The notes under the pieces are model-generated. The model was not told the origin of the DNA and ran no database searches. It was given only the letters and a program-made list of their open reading frames with translations. Of a DNA stretch of 46,740 bases, positions 25,645 to 38,109 are shown one piece after another. Both the position numbers and the translations under genes were made by a program. Numbering within the stretch: position 1 is the stretch's first letter; every line of letters starts with the position of its first letter. The DNA comes from Octopus bimaculoides. Lineage: Eukaryota. The stretch spans positions 21,924,744-21,971,483 of the forward strand of contig NC_068988.1 of the NCBI RefSeq assembly GCF_001194135.2. The letters run 5' to 3'.

Positions 25645-25759
25645 TTTGACCAGCAGATACTCTCATGCTTGTTGGATAAACGCCGCTTAGTTTCTTCATG
25701 GTCCGTAAACGGTCAGTAGAGTTAAAATACCGTCTTTGTAATACCACAGCAGTGGCCAT
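25645..25759 (-). CDS. Candidate first coding exon of an unidentified gene (38 aa plus a phase-1 intron)
   Basis: aaaATGG start context; MATAVVLQRRYFNSTDRLRTMKKLSGVYPTSMRVSAGQ; donor CAAA|GTGAGT; lies in non-repetitive sequence. No domain recognised. Confidence 0.5.
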
Positions 25760-25810
25760 TTTTGTGGTTCTCAGGTTCGGAGAAGCATTACTAAAGCTCT
25801 TGTCTTGATT

Positions 25811-26059
25811 TTAGATAATGTGAAAAGATAGACCACTTGTACGAGAATGAATCCAAATTCTTTGGGATAAACAACAATTTGATATTCCTCTACTCTCTAA
25901 TATATCCTTCTCAGTATAATCAGGAAGTTTCTTCATGATTTCATCTTCGTGTTTATGAACCACACCGCTTTTTGTTGTTAGAGTAATCTTGAAGACATCC
26001 ACTGCTCCTCGAGAAATGGGTTGCTGAATTGGCAACATTAAACAATATTTCAGAAGCAT
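25811..26059 (-). other. 82-codon ATG ORF in frame with and upstream of the 25759 ATG (possible uORF)
   Basis: Same frame as the candidate exon; separated from it by one TAA (25811-25813) and 17 sense codons. Confidence 0.3.
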
Positions 26060-26691
26060 TTTGCATGGTGATTTAGCTGAGTAAATAAATCTTGTTCAAG
26101 ATAAATGTTTTTCAAACAATTAAGAGCCCATAGTTTCTGCATATGCAAACCTTCTGCAGTGATTCCAAATGAGAAGCGTTGTTATGAATATATCAATTAC
26201 AGGGTGTATTTGAGTTCTACTACCTACTGTAAGAATATGCTGAAAATCTGATAATTTCCGTCCAAGAAGTTGCTGAATCATTACATTTCGAAACGGGCAT
26301 TTCGAAACTTCGAGATGATGTCGGTGTCACGCTGGAGCTTTGTCCACCGCTAATAGCTAAACATCGTGCACGAAAAAGAAGAGAAGTTGATGTAGGTTTT
26401 AACGGGATGGGAAACTTGAAATGGGAATGGGTGCCCCTTCCGAAATTCACTAGTATAGCTAAATCGGAAACGACACTTAAGAGCTCGACAAAGTACTGAA
26501 AGGGCTGTGCTATTCAGCATTGCCCAGTGAGAGAAAAATCTTTTAATTAAATTTGGATAAATTATTCCAAGAATCTGTTGTAATTTTTCATAATTGATAA
26601 CTTTAATTACGTTACTCCGGTTGAAATATAGGAGTCTATGATAACTTGGTTGTTCTACTTCATTTGTAGTTGTTTCCATTGCTGTAAAGCT

Positions 26692-26708
26692 CCACGTCAT
26701 TTACGTCA
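26692..26708 (-). promoter_or_regulatory. Tandem bZIP sites TGACGTAA-A-TGACGTGG (CRE/ATF- and UPRE-like)
   Basis: Plus strand CCACGTCA (26692-26699) and TTACGTCA (26701-26708) at the upstream edge of the unique block. A third near-CRE, TGACGTCT, is at 25562-25569. Confidence 0.4.
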
Positions 26709-28161
26709 AAGGGGTTTCAGTCATAACCATCCGTATTGTCTTTCTTTTAAAAAGTAATGTGAATAAAAAACGAATTATATAATGTGTCCGTCCTCTTTTA
26801 AGACAGCGGTGTATGATTTGGGAGAGATTTAGTAGATATGTCTAGTAAATTGAACGACTGCGTCTCTTGTAAATTGATTAGCTGTTTCAATACCGATTTC
26901 AATGAATATGCTGGCAATATTCCAGCAATTAGAAACAGTGTGTTTCTTTTATTTTGTAATTTAAAGGATTTTGCTCGGCGGACATCTTTCCCTGATTTTA
27001 GAACAATGACTGCAATACATCCCGGTCCTGTCGTTGAGTTGGTTTTAAGAGAATTGATGAAGTCTATTAAAATATTTTTCTAACGCTTTTGTCTGCCAAG
27101 TAAGATATTTATTCAGCAATCGTCAAGCTTCGTTTTGTGTGATCATAAAGGTAACTAATCACTGAAGTAATGGTAAGAATTTGTAACACAAAACAAACAC
27201 ATAATTCACAATCTACGTCCATATCTGCATATTTCCTGAACAAAGTATAATCAATATAAGTCTTTTGAAGTTGGATTTCAACATATTTTATTACTCGAAC
27301 AAAGCGAAGGTAATATTTATGAAGAGGTATTGCAATTAATGCAGAATCTCTCTCTGTATCAGTAGCTAAATATTGTCTCCTTTGAACAAACTAGTTACAA
27401 ATCATGCCCAGTCAGACACACCCTACACACCCACAACTATTCGTATCATAGCCACGGCCACATCTTAATCTTATGATCCACTCTCAGTGATTTACACATT
27501 CCCTTGTTCAGCATATCAACAATTTGGAAATACCTCACTATCTACATTGTTGCTATTATTCTTCCGTTTTTGGTCCCAGGTCAGACCTGATCGTGCAAAA
27601 CATTCGCCAAAGACATTTCAATTTAGACTGACTTATATAATTTATATATCTATGCATATATTGTCCAAAACATTAGGGTTCCGATAGATTTTGAGGGTTA
27701 TTCTTTGTAGCTAGTGGAAAGCCCTGTAGCTACACTTTCGTTCCTCAATTTTTCCTTCACTTACTGGCATCCAAGCTGAATATTCACTCTGTCTATCTAC
27801 CATTCTCAGGAGGGTGGGGATTTAAATAGTAGGGTAACTGCTCTTTCTTCCTGACTGAGCTACAGCATATCCTTCGAAACAGTGTTAAAGACTGGCATAA
27901 TAATAAGAAAAATTGTAGTTGTTTTTGTTTTATATCTGCATATTTATCATTAAATGCATTCCAGTCGTGACCATCCCATAATCAAAGATTCTCTTTGACA
28001 ACAAATCCGCCGGAGCAGAGGTAACATGTGATCAAACAAAAGATCAAGAACAACAACGACATCAACAGAAACTAACAACTAGAGCAACCATTGAGGGGGG
28101 AAACTCTACGGGATCGATCGTCTTTGTTTTTTAGTAATGTGTGAAACAAGAACCAGTCCTC

Positions 28162-28501
28162 ATGGCCTGCGTTGGCATTCTGTCATTGACAAGATTCATG
28201 CTGTTGTTGGATGACTGCAACAAGAAACGTATACGGAAAAGTATTTCGAGACAGCTGAATATGGAAGAGGGAAGAATGAATAGAAATATCAGTGCGAGGC
28301 TAAGGATTGAGCACAACAAGGAATATGAGAAGAAATCAAGCGAGTCAAGTGTGTTTGGGTGGGAATGGCACGAAACAAGCCATCTCTTAGAATACGAGGC
28401 CATTTCAGTAGTAGTAGAAACATCAAAGAATGGAAACAGCATGTCCGTAAGCCAGGAGTTAGCACATCATGATTTATGCCAATCACTACATAGCGGCCAA
28501 G
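28162..28501 (+). CDS. Candidate coding exon (113 codons, phase-1 donor), product unknown
   Basis: ATG GCC at 28162, open to CAA G|GTATGT; acceptor tttgttttttAG at 28133-28134. No recognisable domain. Confidence 0.25.
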
Positions 28502-30059
28502 GTATGTTCGTGTATGCATGCATGTGTGCATGTGCGTGTGAGTGTTTGTGTGTGTTTGCGTGTGTTTGTATGTGATTGTGCGTGCGTGTGTGAGTGTGCT
28601 GTAGCAGCTTTATCATCGAAGATCTCAGAGCAGGACTCTGTTGAAGTTTTCACCTGGGTTTTCTAGAATATTTCTGTTTGATGGATGATGAAGGATATAT
28701 CCTACGTTTGAACAGAAAGACATGACAGCTCTTTGATTTACAATCTTACACATATTAACAATATGCGTTCACTATGAAAGACTCTCAATGATTGTGACGG
28801 TCAGTTTTGGAGCGATTGTGAGGACTTTGGTCGCAAGATGTTCATGTTTAAATATGTGAAGTAAGACAAAAAATTCTTGTATTCATTTGTCTTGAAACAG
28901 ACAATAGTAGCCGGAAGTATGTCTTCCCTGAAGTAAATTTTTTGGTATCACTCTTTATGGACTCGGAGCAAATTTGGTGCGATATATACAGGTTGAAAGG
29001 CAGCGAGCTGGCCCCAAATATCAGTGATGTATAGAGGAAAGTACGCGGGGAAAAGCAACTCCTGTTGCACCCCAGAGTTAATAGAATCTGTCAGAAATAG
29101 CTGCATAAGCTAGGGCTTAATAGAACGATCGGATATAAAATGCGATCCGAGACGAAGTTACCGATTGAAAAGATGAGATAATGGTGGAACCTGTATGTGC
29201 GCAGATTTGGCAAGTTTTTTGCACCAGATAGAATTGAAATATTATTTATGTCGCAGTTAACGAGGCCACATTCAGCAAATTTATCACAGTTAGGAACCAC
29301 AGGGAAGTCACATACATGTTTAAGTCTCCAGTAGATTTAACTTTACCCAAGTGATGGTTATTCAGGTGAGATTCGCTAGTGAATGTTGTTCTAAACGGCT
29401 ATCTATATTACTTTTTCATTTGAAGTATTGAAATGGAGCATGATTCGGCCGACTGTTAGCAGGTCAGAGGCGTTACGCTTTTCCTTCTTGTCAATCGGAT
29501 ACACCACAGTCGTGGTTCTCAATCATTTTAATACCCGGGGCAGATCTACAACTTGAATTTTTTTAGGGAGATTCACCAAAGGAGTACAACATAAGTCAAG
29601 GAAAAATTTGGTATATTTATTGAGGGAAGACTGCCGAGAGCCGCCGGAAGATGTTTGAGGGCCAAATGCAGCTGCAGAAACAGCGGTTGAGGGCCCCTGC
29701 ACTATAGCGAATTTTCAAAAATTGATGCAGAGAATACCTGGGGATGGAGAGAAAGGCAGGCTGACGGAGAGATAAGAGAGAGAACGTATGAAATAGATAG
29801 GGAGAAAGAAGGAGAGAGAAGGACAGAGAGCGAGAGAGACAGAGATGGGGAGAGAGAGATTTGAGAGTTTGGTGAGCTTCTGGGTTAGATTTGGGACAAG
29901 TTGTTTCAGAGCAATAGCAGGGACATTGTTAGAGCTGGTGGTTTAGTGGTTTGAAGCTACCAGTAATATATACGGGGGCGGGGAGGATAAAATTTGTAGA
30001 TTTGCGAAGCGTGTATCGTGTGAAGTTGGATAGAAGGGGATTTATCTGTGGGTGAACAA

Positions 30060-31231
<1,172 letters not shown>

Positions 31232-31233
<2 letters not shown>

Positions 31234-31654
31234 TCTGAAGTTAATACAAAACTCAATGTCAACGTGGCGAAATGAACTCACAGCATAGGGAGTTAAGCTG
31301 GGGGAGGTAAATATCAAAAGAGGAATCTTTGAAGGGGACAATCTGTCTCCTCTCCTATTTGTTGCCTGCATACTGTCACTAACCAGCGTTTTAAGAAAGA
31401 TGCGTGTGGGGTACATGCAAGGCAGGGTGAAATTAAGCAACCTGTGGTTTATGGATGACCTGAAGCTATTTACTAAGACTGCCGTCGGATGGGGGAAGAT
31501 TATGAAGCAGATACAAGAGACGGACTATAAGTACTTGGGGATGTTGGAAATGGATAAATTGATGGAGAAAGAAATTGCAGAAAAATTTCAGGTGGATTAC
31601 TTGCGCAGACTGAGACTGATCCTTAAGTCGATATTAAACGGACAGAATAAGATT
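31232..31654 (+). mobile_element. R4/Dong-type reverse transcriptase fragment with an internal deletion
   Basis: VNIKRGIFEGDNLSPLLF and LWFMDDLKLF (RT motifs), then YKYLGMLE…YLRRLRLILKSILNGQNKI. The segment normally between DDLKLF and YKYLG is largely missing. Confidence 0.93.
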
Positions 31655-31768
31655 GGTCGGCTCGGAGCTGCAGTGGAAGGCACTTGTCCAAAGTGCCACG
31701 TAGTGGGACTGAACCTGAAACCACGTGGTTACAAAGTGGATTTCTTAACCACACAGCCACGCCTTTGC
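31655..31768 (-). mobile_element. Family A SINE 5' part, adjoining the RT fragment
   Basis: ggtcggctcggagct…gcacttgtccaaagtgccacgtagtgggactgaacc…accacacagccacgcct. Confidence 0.88.
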
Positions 31769-33387
31769 TTATAAATTTTGCGTTTCCAGCCGAATCAGAA
31801 TAAAAAAAGCGTACGAGGTTGAGCATTTGAATCACATATGCAATCTACTGAAAAGATGGAGGGAAATTTAAAAAGAGAAAGAGAAAAAGCGCGCGCGCGC
31901 GANNNNNNNNNNNNNNNNNNNNNNNNNNNNNNNNNNNNNNNNNNNNNNNNNNNNNNNNNNNNNNNNNNNNNNNNNNNNNNNNNNNNNNNNNNNNNNNNNN
32001 NNNNNNNNNNNNNNNNNNNNNNNNNNNNNNNNNNNNNNNNNNNNNNNNNNNNNNNNNNNNNNNNNNNNNNNNNNNNNNNNNNNNNNNNNNNNNNNNNNNN
32101 NNNNNNNNNNNNNNNNNNNNNNNNNNNNNNNNNNNNNNNNNNNNNNNNNNNNNNNNNNNNNNNNNNNNNNNNNNNNNNNNNNNNNNNNNNNNNNNNNNNN
32201 NNNNNNNNNNNNNNNNNNNNNNNNNNNNNNNNNNNNNNNNNNNNNNNNNNNNNNNNNNNNNNNNNNNNNNNNNNNNNNNNNNNNNNNNNNNNNNNNNNNN
32301 NNNNNNNNNNNNNNNNNNNNNNNNNNNNNNNNNNNNNNNNNNNNNNNNNNNNNNNNNNNNNNNNNNNNNNNNNNNNNNNNNNNNNNNNNNNNNNNNNNNN
32401 NNNNNNNNNNNNNNNNNNNNNNNNNNNNNNNNNNNNNNNNNNNNNNNNNNNNNNNNNNNNNNNNNNNNNNNNNNNNNNNNNNNNNNNNNNNNNNNNNNNN
32501 NNNNNNNNNNNNNNNNNNNNNNNNNNNNNNNNNNNNNNNNNNNNNNNNNNNNNNNNNNNNNNNNNNNNNNNNNNNNNNNNNNNNNNNNNNNNNNNNNNNN
32601 NNNNNNNNNNNNNNNNNNNNNNNNNNNNNNNNNNNNNNNNNNNNNNNNNNNNNNNNNNNNNNNNNNNNNNNNNNNNNNNNNNNNNNNNNNNNNNNNNNNN
32701 NNNNNNNNNNNNNNNNNNNNCACCACCACCACCACCACCACCATCACCACCACCACCACCACCACCACGACCGCCGCTGCCATCATTATATGTATAAAAA
32801 TAACAGCAATAGTACTAGAGCCAATACAACGGTGCCGACCACCACTGCCACCGCTACTGCCAACGTATTAACAACAGACACAGCAATAACAACAACAACA
32901 GCACCAATGACAAGAACAACAACAGCATCGGCAGAAACGAAGTAGAACAATTAGAAAGAAGTTCATTCATCATTTTAATAGGCAGAAGTGTGTGGGAAAA
33001 AATAATTGATTACTGTTAGTTAGAGTAAAAAGTGTGTTTGGTAACAATTATAGGAAATATATGCAAGGCGGAGTGACGGGAGGTAACGATGGACTGGGTA
33101 AGAGTAAGAGGTAAGAAAACAGGAGAGAAAAAAAAGGAAGGAGTGAGTGAGAGGGACAGAGAGGGGGAGAGAAGGATGAGAGAAAGAGAGAGGGGAAGAA
33201 GTATGGGGGGAAGAGGTGGGGGAGTGAGTTATTGGCTTCGATGTTAAGATTGAGCATCGTTGAATGATGACAAATGTGTCTCGTTAAAAATCTTTCAAAA
33301 TCTGCCGTGAATAGAGTAAGGGGAGGGTGGGGGGTGGCGGACGAAACGTAAAGGTAAATCTAAAAGTATTTCCAAGTTATTTTGGGA

Positions 33388-33442
33388 ATCATCATCGTGA
33401 TCATCATCATCGTCATCATTAACATCATCATCATCATCATCG

Positions 33443-33477
<35 letters not shown>

Positions 33478-33478
33478 G

Positions 33479-33516
<38 letters not shown>

Positions 33517-33571
33517 GTCATCGTCATCATCATCATCATTAACATCATCATCATCATCATCATCATCGTCG

Positions 33572-33612
<41 letters not shown>

Positions 33613-33905
33613 GTCATCATCATCATCATCATCATCATGATCCTCCTCCTCCTCCTCCTCCTCCTCCTCATCATCCTCCTCCTCCTCATCATCATCGTCA
33701 TCATCATCATCATCGTCATCATCATCATCGTCATCATCATCCTCACTGTCAACTTGGCCATCTTCATCATCATCATCATCGTCATCATCGTCGTCGTCGT
33801 CGTCATCATCTTCATTTACGTCGGCGTCGTTAACATCATCATAGTCATCATCATCGTCACTATCAACTTGGCCATCATCATCATCATCATCATCATCATC
33901 ACCAT
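33388..33905. repeat. (CAT)n array with CGT/CCT/CTT variants and internal higher-order duplications
   Basis: tcactgtcaacttggccatc at 33743 recurs with one change at 33857; ttaacatc at 33419, 33539 and 33830. Confidence 0.95.
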
Positions 33906-34150
33906 TTTCAGCTTCACGATCTTTTGTCATCATAGTCATCTTTTCACATTTTTTCCCCACTGCAACTTTCTCTTTCTTCCTCTTCTAATTTTCCCATCTT
34001 ATTCCTCTCGTTTTTTCTTTACTTATCCTCCTCCTCCTCTTTCTCCACCCTATTCTTCATCCCGTACCTTTTAAGACGATCCCCTCTAACCCGCTTATGG
34101 TACCCAATTTCCAGCAACATTTGAGCTCTCCACATAGAATAGTAACTTAC

Positions 34151-34254
34151 CGCTCAACACATCCAGTTTACCCTGCATATTTCATAATACCCTGTGCACT
34201 TAACATATCCAGCTAGGAAATTTCACTTATATAACACAGATTCAAGACAAATGC
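34151..34254 (-). other. Candidate 104-nt exon (UTR plus possible start MQGKLDVLS, phase 1)
   Basis: Acceptor tttgttttattgctttcAG, donor GCG|GTAAGT. All frames are blocked from the acceptor; an internal aatATG is open to the donor. Confidence 0.25.
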
Positions 34255-34659
34255 CTGAAAGCAATAAAACAAACTAGCACGTTTCTTTACTTACATAATA
34301 ATTGACAATTTTTATAATAAGATATATTGACGCCTAAGGTGTCAAAAGCAATTGCATTTAAAGTTATTATGACACTAGATGTGTTGTTGTTCTTTGTACA
34401 CTCACCCTCACCGAGGTCAAATCTGATTAAACAGCCGGAGAAAAATTAAAAATATTAAACGTATCTTCATAGTAATGTAATTGTGGATAATGCAATGATA
34501 GTGACTAGAATAAAATAAAACATTAAATAAAATAGCAAAAATTCATAAGTTGATAAACAAAATGGTTCTGCTCGTTCTTATTGTTATAAGTAAAAGTGAA
34601 AGTCTGTCTGAAGCCTACGGGGGCTTCTTAGACAGCGGCTTATTCCGGTTCTCGTCATT

Positions 34660-35044
34660 TTTAAGTAGATGAGAATACTGTTGTTGGCACTCCGTCGCTT
34701 ACAACGTCGAGGGTTCCAGTTGATCCGATCAACGAAACAGCCTGCTTATGAAATTAACGTGCAAGTGGCTGAGCACTCCACAGACACGTGCACCCTTAAC
34801 GTAGTTCTCGGGGATATTCAGCGTGACAAGGCTGACCCTTTGAATTACAGGTACAACAGAAACAAGAAGTAAGAAAGCTGTGGTGGAAGAGTACAGCAGG
34901 GTTCGCCACCATCCCCTGCTGGAGCCTCGTGGAGTTTTAGGTGTTTTCGCTCAAAATACACTCACAACGCCCGGTCTGGGAATCGAAACCGCGATCTTAT
35001 GACCGCGAGTCCGCTGCCCTAACCACTGGGCCATTGCGCCTCCA
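34660..35044 (-). mobile_element. Full-length tRNA-derived SINE (head type C)
   Basis: Minus-strand head ggaggcgcaatggcccagtggttagggcagcggactcgcggtcataagatcgcggtttcgattccc with intact A and B boxes; about 385 nt body. Confidence 0.9.
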
Positions 35045-35442
35045 CAGGTGAGAATACTAGGCTCCGACTAATTTTAAACGACACATAAGTTCGTTGCAGA
35101 ATTAATTCCAGGTGCTAAAAGTACTAATTTTCAGTTGACTGAACTGAAGCAAAGTGAAATGGTGTGCTTTGCTCAAGGAAACAATTCGGCACTCGGTCCA
35201 AGAATCCAGGTACAATGTAACAATGGTGAAACTAACAACTTAACCACTCACGCTCTTTCGCATTTCTTATATGTTGTAAACGCAAAGCTGTATATTTACA
35301 TATGGACACCGTTTAAATGTTTTAACCTAAAAATAAAAGCCATTACGCTTAACCAACAAACTTTATTATACACGGTGCTTAAATATTGCACGAGGAAGCA
35401 TTTTATAGGAGAGCATTATGCACGATTAAATACATTATTAAT

Positions 35443-35594
35443 ACATTATAACTTTTAAGGCGGCGAGCTGGCAGAAACGTTAGCACAGCGGGCGAAATGC
35501 TTCGCGGTGTTTGGGGTCGATGTAATCGACTTATTCCCTTTGTCTGTCCTTGTTTGGCCCCTCTATGTTTAGCCCCTTGTGGGCAATAAATAAA
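35443..35594 (+). mobile_element. Internally deleted SINE family M copy with a 16-bp target-site duplication
   Basis: TSD taaatacattattaat at 35427-35442 and 35595-35610; head ggcggcgagctggcagaaacgttagc; (taaa)n tail. Confidence 0.88.
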
Positions 35595-36286
35595 TAAATA
35601 CATTATTAATTTTGTTGCAATTGTCATGGGTGCTGCTCCTACTTTTTCCGATTAATAACTAAAATAAAATCATAAAACATATTACTCGTGGCTTTTTGTT
35701 TCTTCGGCCCAAATCGACTCTCGTCGATGTAACACTTCTACGAGGTTGGGCTGAAAACCCTAAGAATAGGCTGATTATCAAGAAGTGATGCTAGAGCTGT
35801 GAAATCTCGCATGAATTAATTTCATCACATCTTATCAATAACTGCATCCTTTTCAGGTAAACTAACGTCTAAATGTTCAAAGAAGATTTCAAAAGTAACT
35901 AGTTGCAACTTCTCTTGAAAATGTATAATGCACAAGGGAGCATTTTATATGGGAGTATCATGCACAATTAAATACATTATACAATTAAATTTGCTGCTAT
36001 TGTCATGGGTGCTGCCCCTACTCTTCTGACTTATCATTGAAACAAAAGCATTATAGATATTATTTGTGACTTTTTGAGGTTGTTCCAAATCGATTCTAGT
36101 CGAGCGGATATGTGATGGAATATTTTTACTAAGTTCGGCTGAAAAGTACATAGGCTGCGTATCAAGGAGTAGTGCTGGAACTGCGAAATCTCGTAAGCGT
36201 AAATTTCAACACTTCTTATTAACAACTGCATGTTTTCTTTCCCGGTAAACTGACATCTGACTTTTTAAATGTTTCAATAGTAACTA

Positions 36287-36455
36287 GGCGTAGGAGCGGC
36301 TGTGTGGCAAGTATCTTGCCTACTAACCACATGGTTCTGGGTTCAGTCCCACTGCGTGGCACCTCGGGCAAGTGTCGTCTACTATAGCCTCGGGCCGACC
36401 AAAGCCTTGTGAGTGGATTTGGTAGACGGAAACTGAAAGAAGCCTGTCGTATATA

Positions 36456-36489
<34 letters not shown>

Positions 36490-36710
36490 TGTGTGTGTGT
36501 GCGTGTGTCTGTGTTTGTCCCCCCAACATCGCTTGACAACCGATGCTGGTGTGTTTACATCCCCGTAACTTAGAGGTTCGCCAAACGATACCGATAGAAT
36601 AAGTACTAGGTTTACAAATAATAAGTCCTGGGGTCGATTTGCTCGACTAAAGGCGGTGCTCCAGCATGGCTACAGTCAAATGACTGAAATAAGTAAAAGA
36701 GTAAAAGAGG
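36287..36710 (+). mobile_element. Full-length family A tRNA-derived SINE with an internal (TA)n(TG)n microsatellite
   Basis: Head with B-box ggttcagtcc; body matches 10030-10198; 3' half matches 24125-24345; (gtaaaaga) tail. Confidence 0.93.
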
Positions 36711-38109
36711 GTAAAAAGTAGTAGCGATTTCTCTTGAAAATGGACAAAATTTTCCATCATAAGGGTTATCAAATACCTGCAGGAAAAGGCTTTATCTTCC
36801 AAAGGCCTTCATGTTGATTATAGTTCTACATGAGAGGATGACACTCCATGACCAGCTTTTCGTTATTTAATGTAGCGGGTTTTTAGAGATAAAAATCTCA
36901 ACGCATACAGAAATGGTTTCCCGAATGTCATAAAATCACTAACAAGCATGCACCAACTTCTGGATCATAGGTGCGGTGTCTCCTGTTTCTGCTTTTACTA
37001 CCTTTCGTTTATATGGCTTTTGCTGCTGGAAGCTGGCAGGACTTATGCTAACTCCACACAGTCATCCTACTTACTCGCTGCTCGTCCTCTCATCACTTTT
37101 GTGTCCACACTCCGTATTCGAACTAGACCTCACTTACAGTGATTCTTCCTCAAAATATCGGTTTTCTTGAATTCCCGTTCTGCTCATGGCCTTCGCGCAT
37201 GTTTTAACATACAATTACAGATGAAGAGCACTAATGGAGATATTCTTACCAAGTCTGCAAAGGTCATGGGCTTTGTTAGCTAGGAAAAAATGAAATTAAA
37301 CTTGAATGATATTGCAATAGTCTTGTGAAGTGGTTACCTGAAGCAGTTTGATGGGTTTCTATTCGGAGCTTGTCAATATTGCATAATTGCACAGGTAATC
37401 GGAGGTTACTTTTAAAAAACAAAGTTTTCTGTTAATTGATAATGGAAATGGTTTTTTTTTTCAAGATGGTACTACATGGTGCTTAGATATCTTCTTCAAG
37501 TAGTTTGTTTAAAAATAACACTTACCTTCAGACGCGCTTTGCCGCAGAATACAGGCAATGAAACTACGAACCGAGCTACTAAAATAGCAGCCAAATCTAT
37601 TAAAATATTACGCAATATATTTAATATTTTTTTTCTTTTACAGGAAGGATATATATGCAAATGTAACCCTGAAATGATTATGCCAGAAAATAAAATAGGG
37701 AGTTCATGAATGTTCTCTTTCTGTAATGAGTGTGTTTAGTGTGGGAAGATTTGGTAAATAAGAGAGTCAAGCATCACTTTTAAGTAAAAGATTAACTGTT
37801 ATATATTTGTTCTTTTACAATCTCCAAACGGCGCCAATGTCGTCTGGATTAATAACGATAAGTTGAAACGAGTCATCAAGTGGACTACCACGCAACCACT
37901 TGGACTACTTGAAATAACAGTTACAGCTCACTGAAATTATACCCTATAGTCTGAGAAATAGAAAGGACACAATGTATAATGTATTACCAGATAATCTTGA
38001 AAAACTATTAGGCTGCAAATAATATCCTATGGAATTTAAAGAACAGAAAGAAGCTAATGCTTCTTTGGTCTTAATAGATTTAATCAAGCTAATACTTTTG
38101 GTTCTTCTT

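Larger units (their letters stand above)
35390..36745. repeat. Old tandem duplication of a ~375-bp unit, each copy interrupted by a different SINE
   Basis: Shared blocks gagcatttta…tgcac.attaaatacattat, ttgtcatgggtgctgc.cctact, gtgaaatctcg/gcgaaatctcg, ggtaaact.ac.tct and ttctcttgaaaatg occur in both 35390-35932 and 35933-36745. Confidence 0.85.

Noticed and set aside
29655-29702. Possible hAT-MITE terminus (gagggccaaatgcagc…gagggcccctg)
   Set aside because: I could not find the matching opposite terminus or an 8-bp TSD.
34605-34640. Bulged hairpin ctgtctgaagcc…ggcttcttagacag as a Helitron 3' end or terminator
   Set aside because: No CTRR terminus at the expected distance and no Helitron coding remnants; intrinsic terminators do not apply to this eukaryotic context.
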